Both the position numbers and the translations under genes were made by a program. A model generated the notes under the pieces. That model saw nothing but the letters and a program-made list of their open reading frames with translations, was not told the DNA's origin and did not search any database. Shown here piece after piece: positions 38,390-47,950 of a DNA stretch of 64,000 nt; position 1 is the stretch's first letter; every line of letters starts with the position of its first letter. Origin of the DNA: a bacterium (lineage in GTDB: Bacteria > Armatimonadota > JACIXR01); contig JACIXQ010000001.1 of assembly GCA_014360465.1 (NCBI GenBank), positions 35,677-99,676 on the forward strand, in the 5' to 3' direction.

Positions 38390-41076
38390 AAGGATTTCCC
38401 TCCTTTCATAGCAAACCAGAAAGTCCATACGGACATATTGCTGTAGTAATCGGAGCCCCAGCATTCCTCGCCGGTTGAGGAAAGGTAGTTGAAAAATATG
38501 TTCCAAGGGCTTTTGCGAAGAATCGCTATGTTCCGGTATATCTTTTCGCCTGCCCAAAGCCCCAGCTTGCTCTCTCCTGCGTAAATTGCGGTTACTGCGA
38601 AGGCAAAACCTTCTCCTGGCGATATTCCGTCTGATTGGTGATTTCTACCTGTTTCATCTGGCTTTCCCTCTGGAGTGACACCGTTCACTACTCCGTAGGG
38701 ACTAACTTTACAATTGAACTCGCCTATCCATTTTATAGCCGAAACAACTTTCTCCCTGGGTAGGATTTCCCCTAAGCCACAAACATAAGCATACCATTGT
38801 CCAACGAGCTGGTTGGCGAGGCAGGTCTCCGATGTAACATCGTCGCTGTAAAGGTTGAACCATCTACCGTTCCAGAGCTTTTCCTGGAATTGCTCCTGAG
38901 CTCTTTCAAACAATTCATCGGCAAATCGCTTCGTTTCCTCATCGTTCATTATTCCTGCCATCATTGAGATTGCTTTTAATGCAGATAGTAAAATAGAATT
39001 GACATAAGAAGATACACCCTTCCATTCCCAAACATCGTAATACTGATTGGCAAGCCCTCCTGGTTGTGGGTCTTCCTCTACAAGGTAATCACCATTTCTA
39101 TCCAGATTTTTGACGAAGTAAAGAGCCTTCTTAACTATTGGATACATCTCTTTCAAAAAATCCATATCTTTTAAGAAAACATAGTCGCGCCAGACCATAA
39201 TGATGAACTCGCTTGAAACTATAGGGTGTTGAAGATGGTATGTGGGTGATGAGAAATTGTCCTCGGGACCGAAGCAGAAGGGGATTTCCCCATCATCTTT
39301 TTGCAACTTGGCAAACTCCTTCATCACCTTCATCTCCAATTCGGGGAAAAACAATAGGAGCGGGAAGGAGCCATTGAATCGGCAGACGAGAGTTTCATTT
39401 ATTGGGCAACCGGTGAAGGATTCGCTAAGGGAAAATCTCCCGTCTTGAGTGAATAGGGAATTTTTAACGATAGGATATAGCCCATTTATCAATGCGTCCT
39501 TCAACCATAGGGGGATTTCAGAGGAGTAAATCTCACTCTGCCACTCCTCAATTTTCCTGAGGAACTCATCAGCTTTTGTAAGGGAATATTCCGCTACCTC
39601 ACTTGCTGATTTGAAGCTATTTGCATAGAAATGACCGAGCTTCTGACCTCCGGTGCTTATGTAATTCGGGAAAAACCAGCTGAGAACCAGCAAGATTTCC
39701 CTGTTCTCTTTTGTGTCGCATTCGGCAAATACCTGGACCTTCTCCTCATCTATTCTATATCCTATTTTGTGTTTCCCTTTGGGAAAGCAGATTGCGTATT
39801 CTCCCTCTTCCTGGCGAAGCAAACCCCCATCTTCAACTGGTTTTACTTCCCATTGGCTTGTTTCTATCTTCTTCAGTTTTCCCCCTCTCATCCTATTATG
39901 TGTTTCTTGCCAGGGTCCGAGGAAATAGTGAGATGCATCAAATCCCTTTATATATCCTGTAAATTTCCTTTCTTTATCCGATATACAGAGCAAATTCCCC
40001 TCTTCTTCAACTGTTCCGATATTATTCTCCGCTTCCCCTATACCTCCTACATCCAAATTGACGAAAATTGAGAAGGAGACATTTTCAATTGCATTATCAG
40101 AGACATTTTTAAGGGTGATTTTCTTCCAAAGGACCCCCTCAACGAGTAGATCTGTTATCGTGAGTTCTAACTTCCCATCCTCTGTTAGCAACTTCCTCCG
40201 AGCACATCTTCCATCCCTGGAGGTCTTGAGTCCCTCAAGTATTTGTAAATTTTCAACATTAAGCCCACTTGGTGAGTAGAAGACACCAGCGGAGTTCTCT
40301 TTCCAGTGAAGTGAAAAGAAAATGGCTGAGAGATGTCCTTGCCCACCGACGGGTAGAGTGAATTCTTTCTCCTCTTCCCAGTTGAAAGCTCCCCAATCAT
40401 TAACCTTAATGCTTGTAATTTCATCCTTAAGCGTTTTCCTTTCCGAGTCACAGGGAACATTAAAGGTGGGTGGTTTAAGGGTAGATGGATGTTTTTCGCC
40501 TACCCATATGGCGCATAAAGCGTTCAGCTCTTCTCCTGGTTGAAGGAAATCTTTTTTCCAGGCAAATGCACCTGCAAGATTTCCAATTAGTTTTCCTCCC
40601 ATTGCCCAGGATATACCAGCTTTCAGTTTGTGGTGTTTTGAGCTTTTCCCAATAAGGAATTTGAAAAAAGCGGAGGGGAGGGAGGAATTGAAACTATCTC
40701 CCTTTATAAAGGGGGAAAAAGCCTTCAGTTGGAGGGGAAAGGGGATTTGGGGGTCCTTATAAGAGAGCTCGGCAATGGGGAAATGCCCGAAGAATTTTAT
40801 GTTCTTGAGGCTATCGGAGCGCAGAGGAATATGTTTGCCATCAATTTCAATGAAGAGGTAGCACTCCTGAGGGAGTGGTGTGGGATGGAGAAAATTATTC
40901 TGGACGGTGGAATTTCCAAAGGCACCGGAGCTAAGTAGTTCAATATACCCAGTGCCAAGACCGCCGAGTGGCATCCCGCTTCTTGCTTCGCCGTTCTTAT
41001 AAACAGCGAAGGGCTGTGGTAAGTAAAAAGCAAGGGAAAAGTTTCCCATAAGCGTAATAAGGATTAGGAATCTCAC
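38386..41076 (-). CDS. GH116-family glycoside hydrolase (GBA2-type beta-glucosidase / glucosylceramidase-like)
   Basis: N-terminal GBA2_N signature GMPLGGLGTGYIEL and a C-terminal six-hairpin DUF608-like domain; 896 aa; signal peptide. Confidence 0.7.
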   Translation of the reverse strand: MRFLILITLMGNFSLAFYLPQPFAVYKNGEARSGMPLGGLGTGYIELLSSGAFGNSTVQNNFLHPTPLPQECYLFIEIDGKHIPLRSDSLKNIKFFGHFPIAELSYKDPQIPFPLQLKAFSPFIKGDSFNSSLPSAFFKFLIGKSSKHHKLKAGISWAMGGKLIGNLAGAFAWKKDFLQPGEELNALCAIWVGEKHPSTLKPPTFNVPCDSERKTLKDEITSIKVNDWGAFNWEEEKEFTLPVGGQGHLSAIFFSLHWKENSAGVFYSPSGLNVENLQILEGLKTSRDGRCARRKLLTEDGKLELTITDLLVEGVLWKKITLKNVSDNAIENVSFSIFVNLDVGGIGEAENNIGTVEEEGNLLCISDKERKFTGYIKGFDASHYFLGPWQETHNRMRGGKLKKIETSQWEVKPVEDGGLLRQEEGEYAICFPKGKHKIGYRIDEEKVQVFAECDTKENREILLVLSWFFPNYISTGGQKLGHFYANSFKSASEVAEYSLTKADEFLRKIEEWQSEIYSSEIPLWLKDALINGLYPIVKNSLFTQDGRFSLSESFTGCPINETLVCRFNGSFPLLLFFPELEMKVMKEFAKLQKDDGEIPFCFGPEDNFSSPTYHLQHPIVSSEFIIMVWRDYVFLKDMDFLKEMYPIVKKALYFVKNLDRNGDYLVEEDPQPGGLANQYYDVWEWKGVSSYVNSILLSALKAISMMAGIMNDEETKRFADELFERAQEQFQEKLWNGRWFNLYSDDVTSETCLANQLVGQWYAYVCGLGEILPREKVVSAIKWIGEFNCKVSPYGVVNGVTPEGKPDETGRNHQSDGISPGEGFAFAVTAIYAGESKLGLWAGEKIYRNIAILRKSPWNIFFNYLSSTGEECWGSDYYSNMSVWTFWFAMKGGKSL

Positions 41077-41080
41077 AGTT

Positions 41081-42025
41081 TCATCTTCTTGTGCGGAGGA
41101 AATCTATGGCGACTGCTCCCATAATGACGGCACCGATGACGACCTGTTGCCAATAGGCGGATACATTAAGGAGGACAAGCCCGTTTCGGAGGATTCCCAT
41201 AAAAGCTGCCCCAATGAATGTTCCGATGATGGTGCCTTCACCGCCGGCAAAGCTTGCCCCACCTATTATCACAGCTGCGATGACATCCAATTCTATGCCT
41301 AAGCCGGAGTTGGGCTGGGCAGAGGATAGGCGGGAGGTCAAAACGATTCCTGCAAGTCCTGAGAGCAAACCTGAGATTGTATATACGATTACTTTTGTCC
41401 TATTAATATTTATTCCCGAAAGGAACGCCGCTTGTTCGTTTCCTCCTATGGCGTAGACGCTTCTCCCAAAGGTTGTGTTATTCATAACGATGTGCCCGAT
41501 GATTATGCAGAAGAGCATAACGAGGACGGGCATAGGGATGGGACCGACCATCCCTTGCCCGAGGAAGAAGAAGGGCTTGGGAAGTTCAGTGATTGGCCAG
41601 CCACCTGTTATCACATAAGTTAAGCCTCTCGCTATGCTCATCATTCCCAGGGTTGCGATGAAGGGAGGCATCCTCACGCCGACGACGGCAATCCCGTTGA
41701 TAAATCCACAGAAAGCACCGCAAAGAAGCCCAGCAAGTATAGCAAGAGGGATGCTTATACCTTGCTTTAAAAGGAGAGCAGTTATACAGCCAGCGAGGGC
41801 GAGGACGCTACCCACGGAGAGGTCTATGCCAGCAAGAACAATTGCCATCGTCATACCCACGCCCATCGTGGCTATCATAGAAAACTGCCGAGCAACGATG
41901 CCCAGATTCTCTCCCGTGGGAAACGACTCTCGCTTGACGATGGAGAGAACGATGAACAAGAGAAAAAGAGCTATAAAAGCGGCTGTTTCCCGCCTTTGTA
42001 AGAGCGAAGACAGGTATCTCATCAA
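41081..42025 (-). CDS. Sugar ABC transporter permease (RbsC/AraH family)
   Basis: About 10 TM helices and the RbsC-type conserved loop (GIDLSVGSVLALAG). Confidence 0.8.
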   Translation of the reverse strand: MMRYLSSLLQRRETAAFIALFLLFIVLSIVKRESFPTGENLGIVARQFSMIATMGVGMTMAIVLAGIDLSVGSVLALAGCITALLLKQGISIPLAILAGLLCGAFCGFINGIAVVGVRMPPFIATLGMMSIARGLTYVITGGWPITELPKPFFFLGQGMVGPIPMPVLVMLFCIIIGHIVMNNTTFGRSVYAIGGNEQAAFLSGININRTKVIVYTISGLLSGLAGIVLTSRLSSAQPNSGLGIELDVIAAVIIGGASFAGGEGTIIGTFIGAAFMGILRNGLVLLNVSAYWQQVVIGAVIMGAVAIDFLRTRR

Positions 42026-42031
42026 CTTTCC

Positions 42032-43015
42032 CTATTGAGGAGTTTCAAACTCGCTTACATTTTCTTTCGTGACAACGGTAATTCCTGTATCAATATCTGG
42101 AATCTTTTCCAATTTGCCAGATTTCGCCATCTCGTAGAGGGTTTTCACGGCGAGGTAGCCCATCATCTTTGGCTTTTGGGCGATTGTTGCTTGAATGACT
42201 CCCTCCTTGATGAATTGGATGGTCATCGGGACTGTATCAAAGCATACTATCTTGACTTTGCCAACTTTGTTAGCTGCCTTCACTGCTCTTGCCGAGCCAG
42301 GACCACCTGTTCCGCTGACCCCGAAGAATCCAGCGAGGTCAGGGTGGGCTTGAAGGATGCTTTCAGCCTGTGAGAAGCAGAGCTCCTCATCATCGTTGTT
42401 AGCTTGGGTGGTTATGATTTTAATCCCCGGTGCCTTCTTGAGGGCGTCTTTGAAACCCCTTATCCTCTCATTGAGATTAAATGCTCCCAGGCTACCCGTC
42501 ATTACCGCTATCTTTCCCTTTCCTCCCAGCACTTTTATCATTTCTTCCCCTGCTGCGTAGCCCGCTTTATAGTTGTCCGTTCCGATGTAGCATAAACGCT
42601 TGCTCTTGGGAGCGTCCGAGTCAAAGGTTATGACGGGAATTCCCTGGGAAAGTATCTTATCTATGACGGGTGTCACTGCGGTTGGGTCGTTAGGAGAGAT
42701 AGCTATGCCATCTACTTTCTTGGAAATGAAATCTTCTATGATTCTTATCTGTTTCTCTACATCGGTGGTTTCGGGTCCGACGAAATAACCTTTCACACCC
42801 AATTCCTTACATGCTTCGTTCATCCCTTCCTCACAGGCGGACCAATAAGGGCTACCCACGGATTTGGGCACGAGGGCAAAAACATAGGTTTTTCCGCCCT
42901 TCGCACCGGTTGTTGGAGCGGTAGTAGCCTCTTTCTTCTTCCCACACCCAGTAAATAGAAAGAAAAGGCTGAAGGTTAGAAAGAACAGAAGCAGGCGTTT
43001 CATAAATTCCATCAC
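42032..43015 (-). CDS. Sugar ABC transporter periplasmic substrate-binding lipoprotein (RbsB-like PBP type I)
   Basis: Lipoprotein signal (LFFLFTGC) and the PBP1 fold pattern. ATGA overlap with the upstream gene. Confidence 0.8.
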   Translation of the reverse strand: MMEFMKRLLLFFLTFSLFFLFTGCGKKKEATTAPTTGAKGGKTYVFALVPKSVGSPYWSACEEGMNEACKELGVKGYFVGPETTDVEKQIRIIEDFISKKVDGIAISPNDPTAVTPVIDKILSQGIPVITFDSDAPKSKRLCYIGTDNYKAGYAAGEEMIKVLGGKGKIAVMTGSLGAFNLNERIRGFKDALKKAPGIKIITTQANNDDEELCFSQAESILQAHPDLAGFFGVSGTGGPGSARAVKAANKVGKVKIVCFDTVPMTIQFIKEGVIQATIAQKPKMMGYLAVKTLYEMAKSGKLEKIPDIDTGITVVTKENVSEFETPQ

Positions 43016-44220
43016 CTCACCAAAATATCAGGTCTGAGATATTTATGCCCATTGACAGTTACCTCAATCATTGGCCAATTGGGAGTGGCGGTTATTATCT
43101 CGGGACCGTTGGGACCGATTATTATTGTATCCTCAACCTTGACACCCCGTATAGTGGGGTTCCAAGCGCAGGCGCTACCGACCATCAGCTTGACGGGAGA
43201 GTGGGGGAAGGCGAACTGGTCCCTACCGTCATAGCCGATTGTGCCACCCTGGTGGTGGTTCTTCCATTCGCCTGGATAACCCATCTCGGCGTAAGCCTGC
43301 ATTCCCTTTTGGAAGATTTCCCCAAGTGTAGCTCCCGGTCTGCTTGCGTCAATATAAGTTGCATCAACATAGGCGCAGGCTCTAATTTTCTTTTGGAGTT
43401 CTTCGGGGAGTGGACCAAAATGAACGAGGCGGGAAAGAGCAACTATCAGTCCCCACTTCTCGGCACAAATGTTGACGAGGGCATATTTCTGAAGCTTCTT
43501 ATCAGTTGGTGGTAGATGTCTATATTGGAAGAGCCTCTCATCAGTGCCTATCAGCAGGACGGTGACCTTTATCCCTTCTCTTCGGAAATACCAATCGGCG
43601 AGCGCGGCTATATCCATCTCGGACATACCCGGTTTTATATCACGGCAAATTTCCCCTATTATTCTTCCGCACTGGGCACCCAGCCAGCGATACTTCTTTA
43701 TTTCCGCCTGTGTGAGGGGAACCCTTATTTTCTTCAACTCCTCACCGACGGTAACGGTCCCCGCAAGGGGGAGGTCCGAACCCACCTGTCCACCTAAGGA
43801 TAGCCTTTGGACGATTTTGCTCAAGGTAGCGGGGTCAATTCTTTCTTTAGGCCACTCGTATCTTATCCATTTGTAGCCAAGCTCGCCTAACCCTTGTTCT
43901 ATCATAAACCTTTGCCCTTCTATGTTATTAGCGATGAGATACTTCTGCCCATCCTTCCTGATGAGGAGAGAGGCACAGCCAGCACTATCGGTGATTACAA
44001 TCTCGCTGTCGCAACCGCCTGTTATCCAGGCGAAGTTGTTCTTCGCTTGGATGAGCAGGGCGGAGAGGTTGTGCTCAGCTAAAAACTTCTGCACCCTTGC
44101 TTCCTTCTCTGCTATCTCTGCCTTCCTTTCCTCCGGCGTTATCGCCACCAAGACGCTTTTCCAAGTATCAGCAAACAAGATGGAACTCACAACCATAAGC
44201 AACAAAAGACAATTCTTCAT
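43012..44220 (-). CDS. Secreted M24-family (creatinase/prolidase 'pita-bread' fold) protein with a possibly degenerate metal site
   Basis: N-terminal signal peptide, a creatinase-N-like region, and a C-terminal block HHQGGTIGYDGRD...KVEDTIIIGPNG that parallels the M24 HxxGHxxG...E motifs with substitutions. Confidence 0.5.
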   Translation of the reverse strand: MKNCLLLLMVVSSILFADTWKSVLVAITPEERKAEIAEKEARVQKFLAEHNLSALLIQAKNNFAWITGGCDSEIVITDSAGCASLLIRKDGQKYLIANNIEGQRFMIEQGLGELGYKWIRYEWPKERIDPATLSKIVQRLSLGGQVGSDLPLAGTVTVGEELKKIRVPLTQAEIKKYRWLGAQCGRIIGEICRDIKPGMSEMDIAALADWYFRREGIKVTVLLIGTDERLFQYRHLPPTDKKLQKYALVNICAEKWGLIVALSRLVHFGPLPEELQKKIRACAYVDATYIDASRPGATLGEIFQKGMQAYAEMGYPGEWKNHHQGGTIGYDGRDQFAFPHSPVKLMVGSACAWNPTIRGVKVEDTIIIGPNGPEIITATPNWPMIEVTVNGHKYLRPDILVR

Positions 44221-44301
44221 TTCCTCAACCTCCTTTGAAGAAATTTTTTAAATTATAAAAAAGCTTTGCTTATTCGGTCAAGAAAATTTAAGCACAAAAG
44301 T

Positions 44302-44341
44302 TTCCAAGGCGAAAGCTTCCAGGGAAGCTTTCGCCTTGGAA
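44302..44341. promoter_or_regulatory. Perfect 19-bp inverted repeat (2-nt spacer) in a divergent promoter region; candidate operator
   Basis: TTCCAAGGCGAAAGCTTCC-AG-GGAAGCTTTCGCCTTGGAA, located between the divergently transcribed M24-like (-) and GH38-like (+) genes. Confidence 0.4.
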
Positions 44342-44360
44342 GAACTTGATTTTATTTAGC

Positions 44361-44477
44361 TCAACGATTAACCCAGAGGTTGGTTGGTGTTAAGGTGGAG
44401 TTTGGCATAAGCCATTTCACATGCCCGTCGGCGGAGCCATATATCGCTCCTCCCTGATGCCTTTCTACATCGCACAT
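44361..44477 (-). pseudogene. Remnant of a DUF1559 (H-X9-DG) gene, C-terminal fragment only
   Basis: A 38-codon minus-strand ORF MCDVERHQGGAIYGSADGHVKWLMPNSTLTPTNLWVNR carries the family's terminal H-X9-DG block (compare [17 protein letters not shown] at 32842-33618) but lacks the obligatory N-terminal prepilin domain. Confidence 0.4.
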
Positions 44478-44653
44478 TACTCCATATGCCTTGAATGAGA
44501 AAGCTTGCCTTTTGAACCTAACTTGAGATTTAAATGTTATATTAAGTATCCACTATGTAATCTTCTCGCCACAAAAAGCAATACACTTTATTCTAAATAT
44601 TCCCTGGAATATGGTTGCTTTTAAGGCTTTAATTCTTTATTATCAGTTGTACT

Positions 44654-47600
44654 ATGAGATTGAAAGGTTTTCTCTCTTTGGTCTTGTCATTCTTTTTCAT
44701 TTACCCTGCTTTTGGGGAAAGGATATTTCAGATAGGTGAGTTGGATGGTTCCTACAGGGAGTTTGCCATTGCGGGGGATTATGCGAGCTATCCCAAGCTT
44801 TTCCCCCACGATGTTGTCTTCAAAATCGGAGAGAGTAAGGAGAAAAGCGATTTCCCCTATATCCATCCGGGTCCATCGGACTTCTGGGCTGGCTCAAGAG
44901 CTCATTCTGTCCGCCTTATTTTCCAGCTTGACCATATGCCAAGACCTTCCGTAAGGCTCCTCCTTTACTTTGTCAATACACATTACTCGGCTCCGCCTTT
45001 CATAGTAATCTATCTGAACGGTAAAGCCGTCGCTTCCCGCCAGCTACCTCCGGGAGGGAGCGATGCTTCCCTCACTGACCCGTCAAAGGGGCAAAAGTGG
45101 GTAGAGGCGATTTTCCTCCATTCCGAAGATTTCCGGCTTGGGGAGAACGAAATCATTATAGAAAATAGAAGGGGAAGCTGGCTTTTATACGATGCTATCC
45201 TTTTAGAGGAGGGATTGAATTTGGGAAAGCCCAAAATATCTTCTTTGAAAGCTAAGTCCGTTCCTTTCTTTTTAAAGACCGATTCGGACATAAAGCAAGT
45301 CATTCAGGTCTGGTTGACAAATTCTGGAGGTGAAGGGGAAGTTGACCTTTCCCTCCAGGGAAAAGAAAGCAAAAAGGATATGCGGGTTAAAGTTGTTTCG
45401 GGAGAAAATTTCCTTGAAATCCCTCTGGATGAAGGTCTTCTTTCTGGCGGTGAAATCAAGCTGAAAGCTGAGGATGTTGAGATATCCGTTCCTGTGAAAA
45501 GGGCGAAAAAATGGTTTCTGTTCCTTGCTCCCAGCGTGCACACAGATATAGGCTATACGGATGTGCAGACGAATGTCTATAAGAGACATAACGAGAATCT
45601 CTTGATAGCGATTGATGAATGTAAGAAGAACCCGAATTTCAAGTGGAACCTGGAGGTTGCTTGGCAGGTTGAGAATTTCTTAAAGGGAGAGCCTGACAAA
45701 ATAGGTGAACTTTTCCAGCTTTTGCGCGATGGACATCTATCGCTTCAAGGGCTTTACGCAAATATGCTGACCGGTCTATGTAGTCCTGAAGCCCTTGCCC
45801 GCCTTTGCCTTTTCGCTGGACAAGTTGCGAAGATGGGAAAGTTCCCTCTTGATTCGGCACTTCTGAGCGATGTCCCCTCGGCAATCTGGTCAACGCCAAG
45901 CATCCTTTCTGCCTCAGGGATAAAATATTTCGCCGAAGCTATAAATACCTATAGGGCTCGTTTCCCCTATCCTCCCCATCCATTTTACTGGGAGGGTCCC
46001 GATGGAGGAAAGGTGCTCTTCTTCCCTTCACCAGGTTATGGTTGGGCGAGGGGAATAGGTCTGCTGGAATCTATGGAATCTCTATCCTCAAAAATCGCTT
46101 CCCTTATTGAGGGATTGGAGGGTGGGGGCTATCCCTATGATGCTTACCTCCTTTATGGCGGATTTTACGATAACGAGCTCTTGGACCCTCAATTTATGAA
46201 GCTTGTAGAGGAGTGGAATAAGAAATATGCTTATCCAAGGATAATCGTTGCAACAAACAGCGAATTCTTCCGCTATTTAGAGGAAAAATACGGAGACAAA
46301 ATTCCAACTTATAAATTTGACGCTGGCGCCTATTGGGAGGATGGGGCTGTATCCACGGCGAAAGAGTTAGCTATGAACCGGGAGGCGAAAAATTGGGCAA
46401 CCGAAGCAGAGATACTTTTCTCCATTTCTTCCCTCCTCGCTCCTTCTTTTAAATATCCAACGGAGGAGCTTAAAGAGCTCTGGCGGAATATCCTTATGTT
46501 CGATGAGCATACTTGGGGAGCTTGGTGCAGTGTATCTGACCCTTATGCGGAAACAACCATCAAGCAATGGGAGATAAAATCTGCTTTCGCTAATAATGCT
46601 TATGAACAGGGCAAGAAGTTGAGGGAGGAAGCGATTTCTCACTTCGCTACATTGGTATCATCCGATGGTGAGTCTTTGCTCGTTTTCAATCCTTTATCTT
46701 TTCCGCGCTCGGATATAGTGAGGGCGAAAATCCCCTTGGATGAGTTTGCCCTCTTTGATGGCAGTGAGGAAATAGCCTGGCAGAGGGATGGAGAGGATGT
46801 GATATTCTTCTTGAAGGATGTGCCCACCCTCGGCTATAAGGTTCTGCGAATTGAGCGAAGGAAGCCATCTCCCTCATCTTCTGCTTTCAGCGTTTCCAAT
46901 GGGAAAATTGAGAATAAATTCTTCCAAGTTGAAGCTGATGAGAAGGGGATATTCTCTCTTATTGATAAAATTTCCGGGAGGCAATTGGTGGATGAGGGTA
47001 AAAGATTGGGGGATTATCTATATCTTGCAGGACCAGGAGGGAAACAGGAAGTTCACAATTTGGAGAAGGGGAGGGTATGGGTTGAGAATGTAGGACCCGT
47101 TTTTGCTGATTTATGCTATTCCTCCTCTGCCTATAAGACGCCTTCTTTCACCCTTCGGCTTCGCCTTTACAGGGACTTGCCAAGATGCGACCTACAGGTT
47201 GAGTTGGAGAAGGAGGAAACTTTGGATAAGGAATCGGTATTCATATCTTTTCCTTTCGCCTTTTACAAACCAAGGGTAAGGCTTGAGTATCCGGGTTGTG
47301 TCGTAGAACCCGAAAAGGACCAGTTCCGCCAAGCTTGTAAGAATTGGTTCACGATTCATCAATGGGTGGCTTTGGATGATGGGAACAAATCCATTGTTTG
47401 GTGCAGTCTTGATGCGCCTCTTCTTTCCCTGGAAAAACCGATTCATCAGGGGTGGGTGGACGAACTTAAGATTGAAAAAGGTTATATCTTCTCCTATTTA
47501 ATGCATAATCATTGGGATACGAATTACAAAGCGTCACAGGGTGGGAGATTCCGTTTCCGGTATTCCATAATTTCCCTACCGAATGTTTTGTCCAACGAAG

Positions 47601-47944
47601 AGGCTACCAGAATCGGCTGGGAATATGCCCATCCTTTAATTTGCAAGTTTATCCCATCACAAGAAGGTATTTTGCCACCTCAACCTCATTCCTTCCTTGA
47701 GGTGAAAGGAGCGGAACTCACGACTTTGAAGAAAAGGGAGCAGGGTTCGGGATGGATTCTTCGGGTATGGCGGGCAGAGAGACGAGGAGGTAGAGTAGAA
47801 GTTAGGCTTAATTTGCCCGTAAGGAAAGCATATAAGGCGAATTTGAGGGAGGAAAGGGAAGAGATGTTGGATTTAAAGGATTCCGTTATCGGGCTGGAGC
47901 TTCCTCCTTCCGCCCTTCAATCAATCTTGTTGATGGAGAAGTAA
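44654..47944 (+). CDS. Secreted GH38/GH57-clan (alpha-mannosidase-like) multidomain protein
   Basis: Signal peptide and an N-terminal beta-sandwich of about 280 aa. It is followed by FLFLAPSVHTDIGYTDVQ...LLIAIDECKKNPNFKW, resembling the GH38 N-domain entry (xHxHxDxGW...), and then a long alpha-mann-mid / C-terminal beta-region. Low certainty. Confidence 0.35.
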   Translation: MRLKGFLSLVLSFFFIYPAFGERIFQIGELDGSYREFAIAGDYASYPKLFPHDVVFKIGESKEKSDFPYIHPGPSDFWAGSRAHSVRLIFQLDHMPRPSVRLLLYFVNTHYSAPPFIVIYLNGKAVASRQLPPGGSDASLTDPSKGQKWVEAIFLHSEDFRLGENEIIIENRRGSWLLYDAILLEEGLNLGKPKISSLKAKSVPFFLKTDSDIKQVIQVWLTNSGGEGEVDLSLQGKESKKDMRVKVVSGENFLEIPLDEGLLSGGEIKLKAEDVEISVPVKRAKKWFLFLAPSVHTDIGYTDVQTNVYKRHNENLLIAIDECKKNPNFKWNLEVAWQVENFLKGEPDKIGELFQLLRDGHLSLQGLYANMLTGLCSPEALARLCLFAGQVAKMGKFPLDSALLSDVPSAIWSTPSILSASGIKYFAEAINTYRARFPYPPHPFYWEGPDGGKVLFFPSPGYGWARGIGLLESMESLSSKIASLIEGLEGGGYPYDAYLLYGGFYDNELLDPQFMKLVEEWNKKYAYPRIIVATNSEFFRYLEEKYGDKIPTYKFDAGAYWEDGAVSTAKELAMNREAKNWATEAEILFSISSLLAPSFKYPTEELKELWRNILMFDEHTWGAWCSVSDPYAETTIKQWEIKSAFANNAYEQGKKLREEAISHFATLVSSDGESLLVFNPLSFPRSDIVRAKIPLDEFALFDGSEEIAWQRDGEDVIFFLKDVPTLGYKVLRIERRKPSPSSSAFSVSNGKIENKFFQVEADEKGIFSLIDKISGRQLVDEGKRLGDYLYLAGPGGKQEVHNLEKGRVWVENVGPVFADLCYSSSAYKTPSFTLRLRLYRDLPRCDLQVELEKEETLDKESVFISFPFAFYKPRVRLEYPGCVVEPEKDQFRQACKNWFTIHQWVALDDGNKSIVWCSLDAPLLSLEKPIHQGWVDELKIEKGYIFSYLMHNHWDTNYKASQGGRFRFRYSIISLPNVLSNEEATRIGWEYAHPLICKFIPSQEGILPPQPHSFLEVKGAELTTLKKREQGSGWILRVWRAERRGGRVEVRLNLPVRKAYKANLREEREEMLDLKDSVIGLELPPSALQSILLMEK

Positions 47945-47950
47945 GTAGAG

